From the IMG/VR virus record IMGVR_UViG_2565956633_000002: a stretch of DNA of 23,481 bases; one strand, written 5' to 3'. The stretch is from a virus. Taxonomy: Duplodnaviria; Heunggongvirae; Uroviricota; Caudoviricetes. Of this stretch, positions 18,141-23,481 are shown piece after piece. A program made the position numbers and the translations under genes. Position 1 is the stretch's first letter. Every line of letters starts with the position of its first letter. The notes under the pieces were generated by a model. That model ran no database searches. It saw only the letters and a list, made by a program, of their open reading frames with translations, and had not been told where the DNA came from.

Positions 18141-18172
18141 ATGCCGCGCCCCTTGCGGCATGTTTTTATTTT
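18141..18172 (+). terminator. rho-independent terminator, plus strand
   Basis: ATGCCGC-GCCCCTT-GCGGCAT followed by GTTTTTATTTT. Confidence 0.55.
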
Positions 18173-18195
18173 CACTTTCTCTGTTTTAAAAAACA

Positions 18196-18212
18196 AGATT
18201 TATTAGAGCAGC
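18196..18212 (-). promoter_or_regulatory. C1 operator
   Basis: Minus strand reads CTGCTCTAATAAATCTT, 14/17 to consensus. Confidence 0.55.
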
Positions 18213-18718
18213 TATTGTTGATGGAGAAGCACGTTTTCATACTCCCTGACCATTAACGTAAGTACGCCGTGACTCCTGAAAACACGCGCCACTTCAATCT
18301 TATCTTCCAGCGCGAACGCAATTTTACTTAGACCAATTTTCTTAAGGAGATCAATCTTTGCTGGACCGTCATTTCTGTCATCGGTGGCAGGACGCATAGA
18401 TAGCAAAGGCTCAGCCCCGTTTGTTACGTACTTCCGCAGCCAGGCTCGTGTTTTATCCCTTGCGATCTCACAGCGCCCGGTTACAAACCAGACCGTGTAA
18501 ACGTTAAATAACTGGCGCACCATATCAATAACTGGAGTGATGGGAGTATCGGTGTCACAGGCAAGGTTAAACTCGTTCCAGTGCTCTGTTAATGCACCTT
18601 TGCCAGGTGGTGGAAGTAAATGCAACCTGTCTTCCGTTGCCTCTGATATCGTCCCATCAATATCTACTATGACGATGTACGGACGTTCCTGGTGTGCGTG
18701 TTTATTGAAAATACTCAA
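18212..18718 (-). CDS. HAD-superfamily phosphatase-like protein, 168 aa (TTG start)
   Basis: HAD motif I DxDGT is present near the N-terminus (IVIVDIDGTISE), and there is a later acidic motif. Shine-Dalgarno GGAGGG precedes the TTG start. Confidence 0.65.
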   Translation of the reverse strand: MSIFNKHAHQERPYIVIVDIDGTISEATEDRLHLLPPPGKGALTEHWNEFNLACDTDTPITPVIDMVRQLFNVYTVWFVTGRCEIARDKTRAWLRKYVTNGAEPLLSMRPATDDRNDGPAKIDLLKKIGLSKIAFALEDKIEVARVFRSHGVLTLMVREYENVLLHQQ

Positions 18719-18737
18719 ATGCCCTCCTCATTGGACG

Positions 18738-18770
18738 AAAAAAAATGCTGGTAGGCGCACTCAACCAGCA
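18738..18770 (-). terminator. rho-independent terminator, minus strand, between the 420-codon gene and the HAD-like gene
   Basis: Minus RNA reads UGCUGGU, an 11-nt loop, ACCAGCA, then U8, followed immediately by the Shine-Dalgarno of the next gene. Confidence 0.55.
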
Positions 18771-18791
18771 TTAAAAGTGACACTGTAACTA

Positions 18792-20054
18792 TCAGCGAAC
18801 GTAAATAGTGCCGCCGTTCTCTTTTTCCCATGCATCGCTACGTGCATAGCAAACATCGAGAAGTCTTCTTGCCGCTGTTTCCTCTAAACCCAATTCGACA
18901 ACCAACTGCTCATGACGGCGGGTAACCACATCAAACAGGGTATGCAGCCCTTTAGCTGCCAGATCATCAATAAATTCCGGTTCGAACGGCAGCTCTGCCT
19001 CTGCCAACATAACCTCTTGCGCCCACTCAACTCGACGGACCAGTTCCGGGCGGCGGCTTTCCATCTCTTTACAGATCAATTCATGGAAGAACTCTACCCA
19101 ACCTTCCGGCTGGAACTCGCGGAAAATGGCCAACGGCTGGAAGTTTGGCATCAACCATTCGTTGATCCGGATATCAATGGCATAGCCCATGTCGCAGCAG
19201 AACTGATAAGCAAAGTCCAGCTTAGAAACGATATAAGGACGCTCGTTATTGAACTCTTTAGGCGATGAGATCCCATAAGCCAGGAGGCGCGGGAAGAAGG
19301 AGATTTGCCCTAACGTCGGATGAAGTTTGCTTGCAGGGAAACGGCGCTCAGTAATGCCATACATTTCCTTCTTGAGCGTCGCAAATTTGGCATTCTCATT
19401 AACCAGCGCGGTAACCTCTGCTTTTTTATTAGCAAATGCCACGCGCGCCTCGCTTGCATCTTTAATAGTTTTTTTGAGCTGTTGGTTAAGGTCGGCGACC
19501 TGCTTACGCAGTTCCTGTCGCTCGCTTTTAGCTTTGTTATAGCGTTTCTCAAGGTTAAAAGGATCAAGTTTCATGATCTCTTTATATTGAGATTTTAGCG
19601 TTGAAATCTGTGAGTTCCGCAGTTCAACCATCGCGGTCATTTCATTGAGTTTTGTTTCCAGCTCAATGCTTATACGTTCGGCATTATCAGCACGCTGGTT
19701 GGCGTCATGCGTCGCATCGTCGATCGCGTCCTGTTGCTGGCGTTTCAAATGTTCAATTTGCAGCTGAAGCTCTTCAATTTCTTTACCCTTCAGACCAAGA
19801 TCCAACTGCATATTTTCAGCTGCATCTACCAGGGAGTTATGGCTATCAGCTTCTGCGTTATAAACATCAATAAGCTGTGCGTGAAGCATCTCCGCTGACT
19901 GAACCGCATTATCAAAAAAACGCGCTGTGAGGTCATCACAACTAACGCGGCGTTGCGCGGCCCGGATGTTCTGGATAATGGCCGGGATACCGGCATTCAG
20001 GACGTCAGGGATAGATACATTTTCGATTGATTGGTTTTGTGCTGAAGTGCTCAT
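18792..20054 (-). CDS. hypothetical protein, 420 aa, with a long N-terminal coiled-coil region and an unrecognised C-terminal domain
   Basis: Long ORF with a heptad-rich, charged N-terminal half (LKGKEIEELQLQIEHLKRQQQDAIDD...) and a C-terminal globular part. Its start lies 1 nt after the stop of the upstream 72-codon ORF (TGAAATG). Confidence 0.7.
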   Translation of the reverse strand: MSTSAQNQSIENVSIPDVLNAGIPAIIQNIRAAQRRVSCDDLTARFFDNAVQSAEMLHAQLIDVYNAEADSHNSLVDAAENMQLDLGLKGKEIEELQLQIEHLKRQQQDAIDDATHDANQRADNAERISIELETKLNEMTAMVELRNSQISTLKSQYKEIMKLDPFNLEKRYNKAKSERQELRKQVADLNQQLKKTIKDASEARVAFANKKAEVTALVNENAKFATLKKEMYGITERRFPASKLHPTLGQISFFPRLLAYGISSPKEFNNERPYIVSKLDFAYQFCCDMGYAIDIRINEWLMPNFQPLAIFREFQPEGWVEFFHELICKEMESRRPELVRRVEWAQEVMLAEAELPFEPEFIDDLAAKGLHTLFDVVTRRHEQLVVELGLEETAARRLLDVCYARSDAWEKENGGTIYVR

Positions 20055-20055
20055 T

Positions 20056-20274
20056 TCAAAGTTCCGTATTAGCTTGTGCTTCGGTCATTTTTCCTAAGTA
20101 TGAAGGTGGAAGGACTACGCAATTTGTATCCAGTCCCTCACCTATGGCAGCCTGTAAAATTCTGGCTAAGGTGAGTCTCTTGTTGCGATACCTGGTGATG
20201 ACATGCCTGATACCGCCGGTCGGCGTAACAAAGGCGATCAGCCAGTAGTGATATTTCCGTCGGAATGGCCACAT
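20056..20274 (-). CDS. hypothetical basic protein, 72 aa, first gene of a two-gene operon
   Basis: ATG at 20274 with Shine-Dalgarno AAGGTG and a 4-nt spacer. A C1 operator lies 15 bp upstream. Product is MWPFRRKYHYWLIAFVTPTGGIRHVITRYRNKRL... Confidence 0.5.
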   Translation of the reverse strand: MWPFRRKYHYWLIAFVTPTGGIRHVITRYRNKRLTLARILQAAIGEGLDTNCVVLPPSYLGKMTEAQANTEL

Positions 20275-20288
20275 AGTGCACCTTATAG

Positions 20289-20354
20289 ATTGCTCTAATA
20301 AAAAACGTGATGAGTGTACATCACGTTTTAAAAATATGGAATTATTAGAGCAAT
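20289..20354. promoter_or_regulatory. pair of divergently oriented C1 operators flanking a hairpin
   Basis: ATTGCTCTAATAAAAAA on the plus strand at 20289-20305. Hairpin CGTGATG-AGTGTA-CATCACG at 20306-20325, with an A-run before and a T-run after. Minus-strand ATTGCTCTAATAATTCC at 20338-20354. Confidence 0.6.
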
Positions 20355-20355
20355 A

Positions 20356-21057
20356 TTATTCTGATTCTCGCTCAAAAAATGAGCTGATAAGGGGAAGCCA
20401 ATCCTCTGACACTTCGCGAGGTCGCGGTTTGCCGTGGAAAAAGATTATTCGGCAGTCTTTTGGTAATGCCCCATTCCCCCTGGAGTAACGCGCGCTCGCA
20501 TATTTCGAACCAGGTTCCACAACATCGGCCTTGTAACTTACAAACCATCCCGGATACAGATCCTGAAATGCTGGTGTATCATCACCCATAACCTTCCGCA
20601 AAAACCCCTGCTCACCCCAGCATTCAGTAGTAACACAACGAGCAATCCAACCTTCCGGATCTTGCCAGAATGCACTCCAGATATGCGCTTTTACACTATT
20701 TGGTATCCACAGGGCACCGCTGCCACGATATTGTGGATGGTAAAAATCCCTAAGCATGGTGAAGCTGGTTGGTGGATTCTCTAGGATTGGGCGTATATCA
20801 CCGGCAATAACCGTGTCCAAATCCAGATAGAACAGATCATCGGTTATATCCGGTCGGAACAACTCGATTTTCGCCCACCAGCCACGGCACTTTTGCCACT
20901 GGTTGATCAATGGGACAACTTTGACGCCAGGTACATGTAAACGCTTCAGGTCTGTCAGGCAAATAATTTCATAGCCTTTTGGCAGTTGATTAACCAGCCA
21001 CTGCACATCGGAAGCGTTATAGTCACCACCAGAGCGAAGAACTAAAGCAATCTTCAT
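20356..21057 (-). CDS. hypothetical protein, 233 aa, with a DxD motif (possible nucleotide-sugar transferase fold)
   Basis: ATGA start/stop overlap with the upstream phosphatase gene. Contains a DLDTV motif. The family is not recognised. Confidence 0.65.
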   Translation of the reverse strand: MKIALVLRSGGDYNASDVQWLVNQLPKGYEIICLTDLKRLHVPGVKVVPLINQWQKCRGWWAKIELFRPDITDDLFYLDLDTVIAGDIRPILENPPTSFTMLRDFYHPQYRGSGALWIPNSVKAHIWSAFWQDPEGWIARCVTTECWGEQGFLRKVMGDDTPAFQDLYPGWFVSYKADVVEPGSKYASARYSRGNGALPKDCRIIFFHGKPRPREVSEDWLPLISSFFERESE

Positions 21058-21731
21058 GCTGCACCATCACCTTTCACTTTCATCAATGTCAGGTTTCCGC
21101 AAAATACGGCACCTGTGTCGATATAATGCTGATTCCAGAATGTCTTCGGGCTTTTCACCGGAGTGTGACCAAAGATAAAACGATCTGCGCCAGAAATTTC
21201 GCCACCAATATCATCCATCGAATCACTGATACGCTCGCGCGCCCAGACAACGTTGAAAAGCGGCACCTCCTTACCGAATTGATATTCATTATCCGGATAG
21301 TCGGCATGGGCTATAACGATAGTTTCTTGCCCGGTGTTCAACTCAATGATATAGGGCAGTCGTCTTACCAACTCCACCAGCGCCCTGGCTAATATTTCCT
21401 GATCAGCGTCCAGCATGAAGAACCATTGACCGCCATTCATTAGCCAGTTATTCACGTTGCCATCTGGACTTAACGCATCAATCATCAGCCGCTCATGGTT
21501 CCCCATCACTGCCCTGAACCAGGGCATCTGCAATAGTTCCAGACATTCGACATTTTCAGTACCGCGATCGATAAGGTCGCCGACCGATATCAGTAAATCC
21601 TGCGCCGGGTCAAAATCCACACGATGGAGTTCGGACATCAGTCTGGTGTAGCAACCATGCAGATCACCAACAACCCAGACATTCCTGTATTTGGTACCGT
21701 CGATACGGTGATAAATTGTGGGTGCCATCAT
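21054..21731 (-). CDS. Ser/Thr protein phosphatase, lambda-PPase family (P1 ppp-like), about 225 aa
   Basis: All three metallophosphoesterase signatures are present (VVGDLHG, GDLIDRG, GNHE), and the product is strongly similar throughout to lambda PPase as I remember it ([19 protein letters not shown]...[11 protein letters not shown]). I chose the ATG at 21731 because it forms an ATGA overlap with the upstream gene. Confidence 0.85.
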   Translation of the reverse strand: MMAPTIYHRIDGTKYRNVWVVGDLHGCYTRLMSELHRVDFDPAQDLLISVGDLIDRGTENVECLELLQMPWFRAVMGNHERLMIDALSPDGNVNNWLMNGGQWFFMLDADQEILARALVELVRRLPYIIELNTGQETIVIAHADYPDNEYQFGKEVPLFNVVWARERISDSMDDIGGEISGADRFIFGHTPVKSPKTFWNQHYIDTGAVFCGNLTLMKVKGDGAA

Positions 21732-22354
21732 GTATTCTTCAGCCATTCTTTAAGAGTCATCTGCGGAATACCTCCCATTTTCCCGCATGAAACAACGTCA
21801 ATCTGTTCACGCGCAGACTGGAATAACAAAGGCAGGTGACTTAGATTTTTTGGCGTGCCGCCGGAGTGAACGCGTGGTTCTTGTGTAGCGTCAACGCCCA
21901 CCAGGGCGACATGTTTGAATCCGATATGGAAAGCCAGGTTCAGAGCACCATATGCACTATTGCCGCTGGCAATTTCATTCTCATCTTCGCAAAGGCCGAA
22001 ATGTGCGGACCAGCGCCACGCCCACCACTCGGGAGAATTCGTATTTTTTGGCTCCGTGCCGCGCTCAGCCACACGACGGAAGCACAGAACGCCATCTCTG
22101 ACTTCACGTTCTTTAACATCGGGTAGTGCCATGCAATAACAAACACCACGGCGACGGCGGCCACGACCAACGCGCCGCATATTGTCTGGCGATGGATCAA
22201 GGGTGAAAAAATAAGAAGCGCGGTTAAGCCAGTCGATGGCCCCATTGACCGCTATAATCGGCACTCCGCGCGGCGCAACAAAGTTTGCGGCGCTTGGGCC
22301 ACTGCCGACGATAATAACGCGATCACTGCCTCTAAATTTATTCTTGGGAAACAT
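21728..22354 (-). CDS. hypothetical protein, 208 aa, paralogue of the next gene (shared GSGPS ... IIAVN motifs)
   Basis: [31 protein letters not shown] here versus TVFCVGSGPSLTREDCAAIEKTGCSIIAVNNSW in the adjacent ORF. Shine-Dalgarno AGGAG lies 12 nt upstream of the ATG. Confidence 0.6.
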   Translation of the reverse strand: MFPKNKFRGSDRVIIVGSGPSAANFVAPRGVPIIAVNGAIDWLNRASYFFTLDPSPDNMRRVGRGRRRRGVCYCMALPDVKEREVRDGVLCFRRVAERGTEPKNTNSPEWWAWRWSAHFGLCEDENEIASGNSAYGALNLAFHIGFKHVALVGVDATQEPRVHSGGTPKNLSHLPLLFQSAREQIDVVSCGKMGGIPQMTLKEWLKNT

Positions 22355-22914
22355 TGAATTGCACTGCTCCTACTTGCATTCAAAATATGTAAATCTGCGT
22401 GTTTTTTGCGGGTATCCAGGAACTGCTGTTGCCATTTTGAAATAGACACCTGCGTTGGATTCCGTAGGGCTTGAGGGTGCGCGCCATGCCAATGAAGGCC
22501 GTTTTGCAGAGAACAGTCATAGCCGACTAATACCACTACTTCAGCCCCTGATTCAGCAGCCAGACTGATAGCCTGCGCGCCGCTATTTACCCCTTCCGCC
22601 GGTCCACAATATCGCCTGTACTCCAACGAAAATGATTTCGCCGCCGCCAGGTTGGCTGTCACTTTGCGGAATCTCCCTCCCGGTATGGTGGATCCGTATT
22701 GCTTCCACCATGACAAATCACCGGCGTATAAGGCATAAATGTCATCGAACATCTGCCAGGAATTGTTAACCGCGATGATTGAACAGCCAGTTTTTTCTAT
22801 AGCAGCACAGTCCTCACGAGTGAGTGACGGACCGCTACCGACACAAAAAACAGTCCTAGTCGCCCTGGGTGGTATGTTCATTCTCAGCTGCAAATTCAGC
22901 CTCCAGGCGAGCAT
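22252..22914 (-). CDS. hypothetical protein, up to 220 aa, paralogue of the previous gene; start uncertain (ATG at 22914 or 22881)
   Basis: Same motif set as the downstream paralogue. Its 3' end overlaps the downstream paralogue by 103 bp in a different frame. Confidence 0.55.
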   Translation of the reverse strand: MLAWRLNLQLRMNIPPRATRTVFCVGSGPSLTREDCAAIEKTGCSIIAVNNSWQMFDDIYALYAGDLSWWKQYGSTIPGGRFRKVTANLAAAKSFSLEYRRYCGPAEGVNSGAQAISLAAESGAEVVVLVGYDCSLQNGLHWHGAHPQALRNPTQVSISKWQQQFLDTRKKHADLHILNASRSSAIQCFPRINLEAVIALLSSAVAQAPQTLLRRAECRL

Positions 22915-23057
22915 TCATTTCAGCGATTACCGGGTCCACTACAGCATCTGCTTCCTGTTCATTACGCGGCATGATCGATGCCAGCGATTCATAATTAGCC
23001 TTGAATGACACGATTATTCTCCCGATGTTAATGTGCGCTATATCAAAGAGCACATAT

Positions 23058-23074
23058 GCACTAATTAATTTATT
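23058..23074 (+). promoter_or_regulatory. weak C1-operator-like site
   Basis: TGCACTAATTAATTTAT. The surrounding 25 bp nearly duplicate 3928-3953. Confidence 0.3.
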
Positions 23075-23077
23075 ATT

Positions 23078-23359
23078 TTAAGCAGCATACAACCACTTGT
23101 CGCCGTTCAATACATGCTCAATAGCCTCACCCTTTTTAAGGCTTATGTATTCCAGGATGGCGGTTATCGCTTGTTCTGCACCATACGCAAGAACGACGTA
23201 GTAACCTTCCTCTCTAAGCCTGCGCATCCAGGCGATCTGCTCTTTCGTCGGGGCTTTACCATTTGGTTCTTTAAGCTCAATTCGCATGCCGTGATAAATA
23301 CCGCATGCTTTATCGAGACTCATGTCCGGATAACCTTTTTTCTGCCCTTCAGCCTTCAT
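23078..23359 (-). CDS. VRR-NUC-like small nuclease-domain protein, 93 aa
   Basis: Only one start codon (ATG 23359) is available after the in-frame stop at 23474-23476. The product carries GYPDM ... IELKEPNGK ... Q..W motifs reminiscent of a PD-(D/E)xK VRR-NUC domain. Confidence 0.45.
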   Translation of the reverse strand: MKAEGQKKGYPDMSLDKACGIYHGMRIELKEPNGKAPTKEQIAWMRRLREEGYYVVLAYGAEQAITAILEYISLKKGEAIEHVLNGDKWLYAA

Positions 23360-23481
23360 TTTCCCGGCGGTTGCTTTTGAACGTTTCCCTCTGAAGTGGT
23401 CAACAAAAACTGGCCACCGAGTTAGAGTTTTTTCCAGTATCGATTTTCCGATTCGTTTGGTGGTAACCCACCATTATATTC

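Noticed and set aside
22856-23053. 65-codon minus-strand ORF
   Set aside because: It has a GTG start with no Shine-Dalgarno and overlaps the 5' end of the 220-codon paralogue. It is possibly real but unsupported.
1-23481. CRISPR arrays, insertion sequences or transposase genes, tRNA or rRNA genes
   Set aside because: I saw no direct-repeat/spacer periodicity, no transposase-like ORF or terminal inverted repeats, and no tRNA-like cloverleaf candidates on manual reading.

Overview
This 23.5 kb window reads as a contiguous piece of a P1-family temperate phage / phage-plasmid (enterobacterial), recognised from protein sequences I know and from P1-style regulatory DNA. All calls come from reading the sequence and from memory of the protein families; no searches or computations were run. 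In window order: a truncated gene, ref, an unknown gene, cre and an unknown 73-codon gene on the minus strand; the immC genes coi and c1 on the plus strand; a convergent immI-like module (candidate antisense RNA, a 73-codon icd-like gene, ant1/ant2); the packaging genes pacA (containing a pac site with clustered TGATCA/GATC hexamers) and pacB; an lpa-position gene; two post-doc genes; and the phd-doc toxin-antitoxin pair. A complete Type IC (EcoR124-family) restriction-modification operon hsdM-hsdS-hsdR lies next, in the opposite orientation, and looks like an accessory island. Beyond it are a C1-operator-controlled 28-codon hydrophobic ORF, a HAD-like phosphatase, a 72-codon plus 420-codon coiled-coil operon, a DxD protein, a lambda-PPase-like phosphatase, two tandem paralogues and a VRR-NUC-like gene. 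About eleven copies of the asymmetric P1 C1 operator (ATTGCTCTAATAAATTT-like) are scattered through the window. The most interesting signals are: the hsd island and its 12-bp TAEL repeat; an 11-mer (CCAATCAATCA) sitting directly 5' of Shine-Dalgarno sequences at three loci; an immI module placed beside immC; cre with no loxP that I could find; and intrinsic-terminator hairpins placed directly in front of several start codons.
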